Positions 15,810 through 26,400 of a DNA stretch of 64,000 nt are shown piece by piece. The translations under genes were made by a program, and so were the position numbers. Position 1 is the first letter of the stretch; the number at the start of each line of letters is the position of its first letter. The stretch covers positions 32,001-96,000 of the IMG/VR virus record IMGVR_UViG_3300042291_001568. One strand, written 5' to 3'. The notes below the pieces were generated by a model. That model was not told where the DNA came from and did no database searches. It saw only the letters and a program-made list of their open reading frames with translations. Source of the stretch: a virus.

Positions 15810-16139
15810 AAACCCTTGCAATCATTGGACATTAGACAGCCATATAACATAAGGGTTTGACGACTGCCTGTCATCAAACCATTGCAATCATTGGACCTTA
15901 GAAAGCCTTATGTTACAAGGGTTTGATGAAGGCACACCATGAAACCCTTGCTATCATTGGACATTAGAAAGCCTTATAGAGTAAGGCTTTGATGATGACA
16001 CCTCGTCAAACCATTGCAATCATTGGACATTAGAAGACCAATGATACCAACGGTTTCATGGCACCTTGCCCTCTAACCATTGCAATCATTGGCTTTCAGA
16101 AACCGTTATAACATAAGGGTTTCATGGAAACCAATCCCG
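15810..16139. repeat. five tandem 66-bp repeat units, each an imperfect 49-bp inverted repeat plus a 17-bp linker
   Basis: Units start at 15810, 15876, 15942, 16008, 16074; conserved AAACC(C/A)TTGCAATCATTGGACATTAGA ... (T/C)AAGGGTTT(G/C)A. Confidence 0.92.
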
Positions 16140-16300
16140 AGTGGACGCTCTATAACCGCTGCCCTCTCGCAGGCTAAAACCATTAACCATAATGTACTAT
16201 TTCTCTAGCTGTACAAATTCCCCAAAGCCTTTTTATCCTTAAGGTACAAATTCCTCTGTTGTACACAAGTTTTCCGCTGCGGCTATGATACGTTGAAGAC

Positions 16301-16849
16301 ATGGCCAAGCAAGTTCTTCCACATTCTGAGCGTGAGTTTCTCGCCGTCCTTAATGGTAATGAATTAAAAGCGCGAGTAAAGGCGCTTTCAAGTGCGGGTT
16401 GGTCACTTGGTGCGATTGCCGATGCGTTCACTCCTCCCAAGCAACGTTCATCCATCCGTGTATGGGCCACTGGCAATACGCAAACACGTCCCGACCATCC
16501 ACCTATTCCCTCAATCTCTTCCCCTTCTTCTCCGAGATCACGTTCTATCTTACCCGCAGCGGAAAAATCCGCCTCGGCGCATAAGCACAAGCGCGTCCGC
16601 CGTGCATACGATCCGACCAGTCCTTTGCTTACTCACGCCAAGCAACAACAAATACAAAAGCTCTCACCACTTGCGAGACAGTATAGAGCTCGAGCAAATC
16701 CAAATGGCGTCTACGCAAAGGCAAACGTTGAACTTACAGAACTATGTAAGGATCTATACTTCAAGCAAAATGTCTCTGTCCGAGAGCTTTCCGACGCCGC
16801 AGGTGTTACCTACAGGGCGATGGCTCGAAGAATTGGCGTAGGAAAGTAG
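16301..16849 (+). CDS. protein with two helix-turn-helix-like segments
   Basis: GWSLGAIADAF...RSSIRVW and LYFKQNVSVRELSDAAGVTYRAMARRI. Confidence 0.7.
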   Translation: MAKQVLPHSEREFLAVLNGNELKARVKALSSAGWSLGAIADAFTPPKQRSSIRVWATGNTQTRPDHPPIPSISSPSSPRSRSILPAAEKSASAHKHKRVRRAYDPTSPLLTHAKQQQIQKLSPLARQYRARANPNGVYAKANVELTELCKDLYFKQNVSVRELSDAAGVTYRAMARRIGVGK

Positions 16850-16852
16850 CTA

Positions 16853-17251
16853 ATGCAAATAAAATACGATGTCTTTCCTGCACAGGTTCTAGTTTGCCCG
16901 GCGCCTGAAGATAACCAATATGAAGCCTATAGCGCTCTTACCGTTCTTGACGGCAAGCAGATTGCACACTCGCGGAAAGTTGAAGCCGTACGAGTAGTGC
17001 TGTACGGCGGCAATGTTTTGATAGCAGGCGATGGTCAAAACGGACCGATGCTTATCTTTAAAGAAGGCTATAACGAAGAAACCCTAGACTTGACAACAGA
17101 ACGGAACAAAGGAACGTCTCGCCTAGTAACCACATCTGGAAAAGTAGTAATCTTCAGCAAAGACAACAACTGCGGCTGCGGCAGTATGCTGCGCGCATGG
17201 AATCCGTACGGAACCCTGTACTCAGTGAAGGACCCAACAGGAACAGAATGA
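16853..17251 (+). CDS. hypothetical protein
   Basis: ORF track; tightly coupled to its neighbours. Confidence 0.75.
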   Translation: MQIKYDVFPAQVLVCPAPEDNQYEAYSALTVLDGKQIAHSRKVEAVRVVLYGGNVLIAGDGQNGPMLIFKEGYNEETLDLTTERNKGTSRLVTTSGKVVIFSKDNNCGCGSMLRAWNPYGTLYSVKDPTGTE

Positions 17252-17532
17252 CTCGTATAATAGACTACACAATCATGGCTTTGGCCATTTACCGAATCAC
17301 AAGACTTGCCACAACTGACGTTGTCTTTAATAAGTATCGCAATCGTATTTGGAAAAAGTATCCAGCTTCCGAAGGCGGTTTGGGATACTTAATTACCTGC
17401 CCGTGGTGCGTCAGCATCTGGGTATCATTGCCTGCTGTAGTTATGTATAGAATAAACACTGACTGGACAGTTGTTGTATTAAGCATCTTTGCTTTTTCAA
17501 CTATCGTCGGGTTTCTTAACCGCGTTGATTGA
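17248..17532 (+). CDS. DUF1360-like membrane protein
   Basis: LAIYRITRL.TTD.VF...R...LGYLITCPWCVSIW pattern; ATGA overlap. Confidence 0.75.
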   Translation: MTRIIDYTIMALAIYRITRLATTDVVFNKYRNRIWKKYPASEGGLGYLITCPWCVSIWVSLPAVVMYRINTDWTVVVLSIFAFSTIVGFLNRVD

Positions 17533-17599
17533 CATACAAACACACTAAGCGTGTTAGTATGCCTTAGTCAACTCCGTTGTAACGACTATAGGAGATAAC

Positions 17600-19357
17600 G
17601 TGGGCGTTTTCCGCCGAGATTTTATTGAGCCAACACGCAGGACTGGCAAGCCTGTAGCACGATCATCCGCGCAGCCGACCTTTCCTTCTTCCCCAGGATA
17701 TTCTGTAGCACAGTCAGCACCATACTCAGCGCCACGAGCTTTGACAGCAGCGGCCGCACAGGTACGAGTCAATGACAAAGGCGAAGCCGAACAGTTTAAG
17801 AACCGTCGTGCCGCAAGCTCGTCTGCTTGGCAGTCAGAGGCTTGGGAATACTACGATGCCATTGGCGAAGTCAAGTACGCCTTTAACTTAGTTGCGTCAG
17901 TTGTTTCACGTATTCGTATTTATCCAGCAGTAATTGAAAACCAAGCTGAAACTCCAGTGTCGGTACGTAGCTCTTCTCAGATTGACCAGCGCTTAGCTGC
18001 AGCAGCCGAGCGCGCGCTTCTTCGTCTTGACTCAGCGTACGGTGGCCAAGCAGGATTGCTTCGAGATGCCGCGCTCAATATAAGCGTCACCGGCGAATGC
18101 TACTTAGTGCAAATGCCTGCGCAAATCGGATCTCAAATTCCTGAGTCGTGGGATATTCGCTCAGTTGATGAAGTACAAGTTGATGCAAAAAATACTTATG
18201 GAATTGTCGGTCGTAGGGACTTGCTCACTGGGAGTAACAACAGCGGTGGCGGAAATCGCAACAAGGGAATAGTTGCGCTGCCATCGACTTCGTTTGTTGG
18301 TCGCATCTGGCGCGCGCATCCACGATTTTCTGAAGAAGCCGACTCGTCACTTCGAGGACTGCTTGATCTTTGCGCAGAATTGTTGCTATTAAATAGAACG
18401 TTCCGTGCCACAGCTCGCTCACGCTTAAACGCTGGTGCGTTGTACCTTCCTGACGGACTCAGTGTTGCGGCATCTGCTGATCCTGATTATCCGTATGATG
18501 ACGAGAACAATATGAATCCAGGTATCACGGCTGAAGAAGCTGGCGACGAGTTTGAAGATCAACTCATTGATGCGATGACAACGCCAATTCGTGATGAAGA
18601 TTCTGCATCAGCAGTTGTTCCTTTGATTATCCGTGGTCCTGCTGAGCTTGGCGACAAGATTAAGCAATTCAAGTTTGAGCGCTCGTTTGACCCGGCGCTT
18701 GCGCAACGAGCTGATCGCGTCTTAGACAGAATTCTTCAAGGACTTGACGTTCCAAAAGATATCGTCACTGGTCTTGCGAATGTTCGCTATTCAAATGCAT
18801 TGCAAATTGACGAGTCACTGTACAAAGCACATATTGAACCGTTAATGCTACTTATCGCTGACGCACTTACAGTTGTTTACCTTCGTCCGTACCTTATTGC
18901 TAACGGTTTTGATGAAGGCGACGTAAGGCGTATCACCGTATGGTACGACCCAAGCGCCGTCGCAACTCGTAATGACAGAGCAGCTGACGCTGACTCCGGC
19001 TTTGATAGAAAAGCTATTTCGTTTGATACATGGAGGCGTGCACACGGTTTCAGCGAAGCAGATGCGCCGACACCGGATGAAGTCGCACTTCGTATGTTGT
19101 TTGAAAAAGGAAGCATTTCTCCAGAACTTACTGAGTCAATGATTGGCGCGTTCGCTCCAGAGATCATAAAAGCTACTAGAGCAGCTCAACAAGCTTCAAG
19201 CGTAGCTCCAATGCCCGCCAACATAATGGACATGTTGCAAGGTGGACAGCCAAGCGCCGCACCACCGCCAGAGCAACCTACACAAGGACCTCCACCAGAG
19301 ACGTTAGCAGAACCGCAAGTGGCCGTGGACTTAGGTCCTCAAGCGCCACCGCAGTAA
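17600..19357 (+). CDS. portal protein (actinophage cluster B-like)
   Basis: WQSEAWEYYDAIGEVKYAFNLVASVVSRIRIY..., GECYL, RIWR.HPR...ADS; 585 aa; downstream of terL. Confidence 0.85.
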   Translation: MGVFRRDFIEPTRRTGKPVARSSAQPTFPSSPGYSVAQSAPYSAPRALTAAAAQVRVNDKGEAEQFKNRRAASSSAWQSEAWEYYDAIGEVKYAFNLVASVVSRIRIYPAVIENQAETPVSVRSSSQIDQRLAAAAERALLRLDSAYGGQAGLLRDAALNISVTGECYLVQMPAQIGSQIPESWDIRSVDEVQVDAKNTYGIVGRRDLLTGSNNSGGGNRNKGIVALPSTSFVGRIWRAHPRFSEEADSSLRGLLDLCAELLLLNRTFRATARSRLNAGALYLPDGLSVAASADPDYPYDDENNMNPGITAEEAGDEFEDQLIDAMTTPIRDEDSASAVVPLIIRGPAELGDKIKQFKFERSFDPALAQRADRVLDRILQGLDVPKDIVTGLANVRYSNALQIDESLYKAHIEPLMLLIADALTVVYLRPYLIANGFDEGDVRRITVWYDPSAVATRNDRAADADSGFDRKAISFDTWRRAHGFSEADAPTPDEVALRMLFEKGSISPELTESMIGAFAPEIIKATRAAQQASSVAPMPANIMDMLQGGQPSAAPPPEQPTQGPPPETLAEPQVAVDLGPQAPPQ

Positions 19358-19376
19358 CATCGCGTAGGAGAACTAA

Positions 19377-20444
19377 GTGAACACGAACTGTCAGTCATGT
19401 GACATAGCATGCGTTTGCACAGCAGGTGCATGTGTTTGTATGCCAGAATGCACGTGCGGTTGCCGCGACGTGACTGGCGTGATTGTAATAACTGACGCCG
19501 CTGACGGATACACAAATGGTGGAATGCGTAGTGGCAAATACGTCATACCAGAAGAGAGCGAACTTGCAGATGCTCTCATTGAGATAACGCAAAGGTACGG
19601 CAAGTTCAATAGCGATGACACTGGTGTCTGGGCTGGATACACGCCAGGCGCGCAAAACGAATTAGCCAGCATCGGCGTTAAGTGCGGCAACTGCATTCTA
19701 TATGAAGGCGGCACTTCTTGTAAAATAATTGAAGCGCAAGTCGAGCCAGACGGGTATTGCCGTTTTGCGCTTATCCCAGATGGGACGGTAACCGCTGCAG
19801 CGTCTAAGCCCGCACCGAAAAAAGATCGCATACGTGGATCAGATACAAATAAAAAAGGATCTGCATCTGGCGGTAAAAAAATAGTTTTTTCTGACAAAGT
19901 AGAAAAGGCTTTATCAAACAAAGTAGAAGAGCATAATAAAAAAGCGTCTGAAGGAAGAAAAGCTACTCTTTCAATGCTCAAGGCAGTTTATCGCCGAGGC
20001 GCCGGTGCATTTTCAAGTTCGCACAGGCCAGGAGTTGGCCGTGACCAATGGGCAATGGCTCGCGTTAATGCGTATCTTCGTCTGCTAAGGACTGGCCGAC
20101 CAGCCAATCCAAACTACAAACAAGATAATGACCTTCTTCCTGCTAAGCATCCTAAGTCGTCGAGAAAAGATTTAGCGATTACAGCATCGGCAGCTGCAAG
20201 TGCTGAATTGATTGTTCACATAGAAAGTAAAGATGCGTACATGTCACCTGAGCATGCGATATTGCGCTTTACAGAATTCTCAGGACTAAACTACGACTCA
20301 GTTCCTATTTTTCGCGCAGCTTGGATGCGCGCTGTAGCTGCTAATGAAGATCCGTACGAAAGAACATCACAGTTGGCAATAACAATGTACAATAGTAAAG
20401 ACGCAGATCTGCTACCACGCAAAAAGACAGGCGATAAAAAATGA
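19377..20444 (+). CDS. head-module protein with Cys-rich N-terminus, HiPIP-like Cys motif and an AVYRRG..A...HRPG..QWAMARVN domain
   Basis: CQSCDIACVCTAGACVCMPECTCGC; KCGNC.LY...C......PDGYC; DNDLLPAKHP. Confidence 0.75.
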   Translation: MNTNCQSCDIACVCTAGACVCMPECTCGCRDVTGVIVITDAADGYTNGGMRSGKYVIPEESELADALIEITQRYGKFNSDDTGVWAGYTPGAQNELASIGVKCGNCILYEGGTSCKIIEAQVEPDGYCRFALIPDGTVTAAASKPAPKKDRIRGSDTNKKGSASGGKKIVFSDKVEKALSNKVEEHNKKASEGRKATLSMLKAVYRRGAGAFSSSHRPGVGRDQWAMARVNAYLRLLRTGRPANPNYKQDNDLLPAKHPKSSRKDLAITASAAASAELIVHIESKDAYMSPEHAILRFTEFSGLNYDSVPIFRAAWMRAVAANEDPYERTSQLAITMYNSKDADLLPRKKTGDKK

Positions 20445-23400
20445 GCAACTTGCATAATGGATCTAAATTACGCAAAAAAGATGTACACAGCATTCGTGAG
20501 GCAATTCTCTCGATGGTACAAGAAGCGAACCTTCGCACTCTTCCTGAGCGTAGGGTGTCTGACAAAGCGGCTATCACTGTTGCTAACAGGGATCTTGAAA
20601 AGACAAAAAACGCAAGTGTAGCAAAGCGCGAGTTTTCCGCGCTTCGAGCAGTTGGCTCGTTTATCTCTCTTGCAACGATTAACAAGGTAACTGAAGCATC
20701 GCTGCAAAATAGTGATCTATTGGCTATCGGACATCCTTTCTCAACAAAAGCACACAGCATGACCGCAGCTTCGCTGCGCAACGAGCGCGCTAAGTGGATT
20801 GCAGCTGACGAATACATCGACAGCTCAATACGCTCTTTGGTTATTAAAGCTCATGGATATGAAGAAAATTCAATGGAGCGAGCACATGCTTTTGCACGAC
20901 TCGCTGCAATGGGACCAGGATTCGTGCCAATCACTGCATCGATTGATCTCAATACTGCTACATCCGCGTACACCGAGTTCGTATTTGGCCTTGGCCTTGG
21001 CGGCAACTCAGATATGGCTAGAAGGCTTAGGGCGAAAATGCAACGCCGTGACCGCCTTGGACGTTTTGCATTTATGGGCGGTGGATTCTCGTTTAGCTTC
21101 CGCAGCAAAGATGGCAGGTTTAGCAAAGTATCTGGCCGTGTAGTTGGCGCATCTGGCGATCAAGATAGCATCGACATTGAAGTAAAGAATCATCCAAGAC
21201 TCGCTGACGGTATTTATGCTATGCCGTCATCTAGAGGTACCGCAGTTAGAGCCATTCTTGATGATGAAATCATTAAAGATCTGCCACAGGCTGACATTGA
21301 TATAGCAGCAGATGATGTATTTGTCGACGAAGCAAGTCTTACGCGAATGATGGCTCCGACTGGCTGGACCACAGAAGAATCGTCAACTCAAGGTGGCAAA
21401 GCAGTCAGCTGGGTTCACAAGAGTGAAGACGGTTACGAGGTCTATGACTCACCAGGCGATCCTTTCGGTCGCTTTCAATTGCGCAGAGAAAAAGGCAATG
21501 GCGCAAGACAACCTTTTCCAAAAGTTAAGTCATGGGCAGACGTTCAAAAGCAAGCAATTTCAGACCAAGATCTTTACAAAGACTATCTTGAAAAAGAGCA
21601 AATCAATCAAGATAAAAACAAAGCGTTTGATGAAGCAGCAAAGTCTGGTGAAGGCCCTCCTAGTAAGGCGCTTCCCGGCCGAGCTTGGGTCAAGCATGAA
21701 AACGGACAATGGTATGAGCGCGAGCTTGGTAGAAACTATGACGTTGCAGACGAAGAACTTCAGAAAATAGCTAAAGAAGCTACTGGACCATACCTCCCAC
21801 CGAAAGACAACGACTTCGGTAAAAAATACAAAACCTCAACAGGTAAGTGGAAAGAATGGGACGAAGGCAGTGATGAGTCTTGGCAGTACAAGCAGGATTA
21901 TCAAAAGCGTCTGAACGGTGAATACTCAAAACTTAAGCGTCTGCAAGAAGCGCAAAAGGCTGGACTGTTTGATCCAAAGTCAGACATCGCTACTGTGCGC
22001 GACATCAATGGCGACAGCTCAGTAGGCGAGCAACTCCGTAGCGCTATCACCGATACTGCGGCAGTGCGGTTTAACTATGATGGAAAATACGATGTTCAGT
22101 TCACTCCGAAAAGCTCGTATGTAAACAAAAAAACTGGCAAAACAAACTTTGTTGGTTTAGACACTAAAGGCGTACAACGCACGTATGCTGCTGACAAAAT
22201 TGCTCCACCAAAGTCGGCTGCAAAAACAGAAGTAAAAGCAACAATTCCAGATGCACCAGAAGCTCCACCTGTAGACACAACACCAGATGTTGTTGATCTC
22301 AAAGCTGCAATTGAAGGAATGAAACTTGGCGAAACTAAAGAATACGTTGCAGGTCTCGCAGCTAAAAAACAAAAAGTACGATTCAACTACAGCGGCTCAG
22401 AGCGGGTCGTTGAGCCGATTGAAGTATGGGTCAATGGCCAGACAGGCCGAATCAACCTACGCGCCATTGACAAAGACGTAAAGAAGAACTTTAGCTTTGA
22501 CAAGATTGAAGCACCTAAGCCTTCAGAGCGCGACATCGCACGTGACCAGCGCAACGCGGACCGCGTAGACGAAAACATCAACAACCCAGACAACTGGGAA
22601 CTAAAGCCAGTGGGGTACCCCGCCACGCGAAGTGAGTGGAACTACATTGGCCCACGGCCACGGTCCGAGGACAGCGTTGGTCCTTACATTTCGCCACCAC
22701 AGTCTGTTCTTGACAAGTATGCTAAAGACTTGTTTGGCCCTAAAGACGGCGGCCCTAACGTAGACGAAACTGACACAAGCACAGACTTCCCGATGAGTCC
22801 AGAAGAGCGTGCAGCAGCTAAGGCCCGACCTAGCGAGCGCGTGACAAATCTTGACGGACTAAAAGGCGATGAGCTTACAGCAGCCATTGATAAAGCAATA
22901 GCAGACAAAAAGCCACTTAAGTTTACATACCACGAAAAAGAGCGCCTGGTTCGCCCACTCGAAGTATGGACAAATCCAAAAACTGGAAAAGTCAACTTGC
23001 GTGCTGTTGAGGCCGATGCCGATACTGATAAGAACTTTACACTTGAAAAAATTGGCAAACCAGTTGATGAGAAAATCAAACAAATTGATGCCGATGACAT
23101 TATCAACATGCCACAAGAGCAGCTCGATGACGTTGTCGATGCGCTGTGGCCAGCAGCGGCTCCTTCACAGCAGGTAGCGCCAGAAGCAACAGGCCGTCGT
23201 ATTGTTGATGCATCAAGCAGCACTGCAGTTGAGCGCGTTGAATACGACCCAGCTACAAAAGAATTGTTCATTCAATTCAAGTCATCAAAAGATGGAAAGG
23301 GTGGTGGCGTTTACAAGTACAGCGACGTTGCTCCCGAGTTTGTAGACAGACTTGAAAGCGGATCAATTGGAAAAATGATTCCAGAACTCAAGAAGAATAA

Positions 23401-26400
23401 CTCTTCTGAGAAACTAGATGAATTCCCAGCAGGCGGAAGCGGAGGCCCAGGCGAGCCACCAGCAGGCGGCCCAGTCGTACCGGGGAACACCGGTGACGAT
23501 GCTGTTGATAAACTGCGCCAAGCACAGGCGCTCATCGCCGAAATGGAAGACTCGGGCGCGTTTGATGCTGCAAAAGTAGATGACGCAATAAAGCTTGTCA
23601 ATAGCGCATCAAGTGATTTTGATTCTTTCGTAAAGTCAAAGGATGCTGTCAACCAAGGCAACGCTGAAGGTCAAATTAAGAATCTTTTAGAAGAACTCGA
23701 CGATCTTAAGTCTAGAGAAGATGTTGATCTTGCTCCTAATTTTGATGACTATATTCTTGACGTTGAACTCGACGTCATAAGATTCGGCGAGTCAGACGAT
23801 GACGGCCCAGGCGAGCCACCAACAGGAGGACCATCAGCAGGCACCCCAGGTGACGATGCTGTTGATAAACTGCGCCAAGCACAGGCGCTCATCGCCGACT
23901 TGGAAGACTCAGGCAAGTACGATGCTAAAAAAGCAAATGCTGCAATAAAACTTGTCGAAGAAGCATCGAAAGATTTTGACTCGTTCTTGATGTCAAAGGA
24001 TGCTGTCAACCAAGGTGATGCTGAAGGTCAAATTAAGAATCTTTTAGAAGAACTTAAGGACCTTAGGAACAGAAAAGATGTTGATCTTGCTCCTAACTTC
24101 GATGACTACCTTCTCGATGTTGAGGCTGACATCATACGATTTAGCGAACTAGACGATGACGGCACGGGAGGCCCAGGTGCCCCAAGCGAGCCACCAGCAG
24201 GCGGCCCAGTCAATCCTGACAAGTACGAAACAGAGTACGGCTTTGACTATCCTAAAAAAGTTACCGACGAAAACGGCAACCAAGTCAGCCGCGTGATTGT
24301 CGATGTTGTCACAGAAGACATGTCGCTAGAAGAGATTGAAAGAGACTTCAAGAAAAAGTTCCCTGGTGGCGCGATGAAAGTTATTCGTCAACGCGGAACT
24401 AACGGTTGGCCCGAAGTGCAATACGACGTTCGTCCAGGAGACGAAGACAAACTCGGTAAGTGGTACAGCGGCGACCTTGAGCCTTATGACTATGCCGGTG
24501 ATGCCGACGCACTTGACGATGCCGATACTCGTAACTTGCCAACAGCTCAAGACTACATGGATGATCCAGCAGTTGCTGAAGATGCTGATGCCGGGTCGTT
24601 CTTTGATGAACCAATGTTTGATTCGCTATTTGATACGCCAGATGGCGCGTACAAACTTAATGTTTTCGAAGCGTATCGCCCAGTCGGAAGAACAACAGAA
24701 GACAGTGAAGATTTTACTGATGATCCAGACGTTCTTGCCACTAAGTTTGATGTAACAGAGCTTGGAAGAGCGCTGGCACAGGCAGTTCTTCCACTTACAA
24801 ATGACCAAGCCACAGGTTACGGAAACCTTCCATTTGAAAGCGGCGACGAGCCAGTAAAAGCTGAGGCGTTGTACGAGGCGCTTGGTGCAGCGAGAATGAC
24901 GCCAAACCTTGTTCTTGCTGGTCTATACGACTCGATGCTCGACCCAGAGCGTGGGCTAACTAATGTTGAGCGAATTACTGATGTTTCCCGCAATGACAGC
25001 TCGCTTGACAATGGCATTGATGATCCATTCACTGCTGAAATTCTTCCCGTGGCTGACCGCAGCGCAGAAATTGATGCTGCCATCGCGCTAAACGAAAAGA
25101 TTGGCTCGTATAGATACGCAAGCAACGGCGTTCAAAAAATGCGTGATCATTCTGAGAATAATCCTAAAATGCTGGATATTGCAAAGGACCTGACACAGCG
25201 AGAGGATGATGATGTTCAATTTGACACCATCAACCTTATTGACTTGTTAGATAAATATCTCCCGTGGGCTTCGAGTAGCGATGCCGATGAGCGCGACGCG
25301 TTTAGAGGCCTTTGGGGAATGATGATGTCGCTTGATGGAGGAAGTTCCATTGAAAGCGACTCACGATTTGAAGGATTTAGGCGAGAAATTCTTAGTTCGT
25401 TTGAACGAAGGAGTGGAAACCCAACTCTTGCGCAAGACGACTATGACGAGTTCGTTCTACAGTATGGTGGTTTTCCAGAGTTCGTAGCTGGCAAGAAAGC
25501 TATCGCCGATGGACAAGACGATCTGTCCGCTGAAACAAGCGCTGCAGCATTTTTTAGACTTGTCAAAGCAAGTTCCCGCCCGAATACTGCTCCATTGTGG
25601 AGGTCAATCGGCGTAGCGGAAGGCTCGAGCGAGTTTCAGAAGTACACAGTACCTGGATCACGATTTGACATGGACCCGCGTTCATTTACCGCGCAGTCGT
25701 TAGAAACTGGGACATTTGGCGACATAGCGTATTCGCCTACTGACAAAAAAATTGAACGAGTAATCTTTAAACTAGATCCGGGCGACGGAGATACTATTTC
25801 AGCTGAGTCCGTTTCTTGGTTCCCAGACGAGCGCGAAAATATTGCATTTGGTTCATTTGAAGTTATTGAAGTAACGCGGCAACCGTCGCAGCTTGGCAAG
25901 ACGCGTAATGACGATTACGTTGTCCGTATTCGTAAAGTTGATAGTGGCAATCAAACAGATGAGCAAAGCGCGCTGCCAGCGCCAGGGCAATTCTCCGAAG
26001 CAACGCAGCACGGAGACATTTCTGGTTGGACGCAGGTTGGCAATCAAGCAGGGTCTAACCCTGGAGGATTCTATGACGACCCAGCCGGGAACAGCTACTA
26101 CATTAAACAAGCAAGGTCACAGTCTCATGCGGACAATGAAGCTCTTGCATCGGCCTTCTACAAAGAGCTTGGAGTGCCAGCCGCTGAAGTTGGTTTTGGC
26201 GAAAAAGACGGAGTGTTGCATTTAGTCACTCCGTTGATTGATGGTGCTACACCAAACTTTGAAGAAAAAGTGTATGGCGGAGACAATGAATACGTCAAGA
26301 AAGTCCAAGACAACTTCGCAGTTGACGCGTGGCTTGCTAACTACGACATTGTTGGAATGGTCTATGACAACGTTGTTTCAGATGCAAACGGCGAGCCAGT

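Noticed and set aside
15298-15835. ORFs 15298-15630, 15435-15722 and 15512-15835
   Set aside because: They overlap in three frames, are His/Pro/Thr-biased translations of low-complexity DNA, and have no RBS.
15810-16139. CRISPR mini-array interpretation of the 66-bp repeats
   Set aside because: The putative spacers resemble each other and are inverted copies of the repeat half, the repeats are degenerate, and no cas genes are seen.
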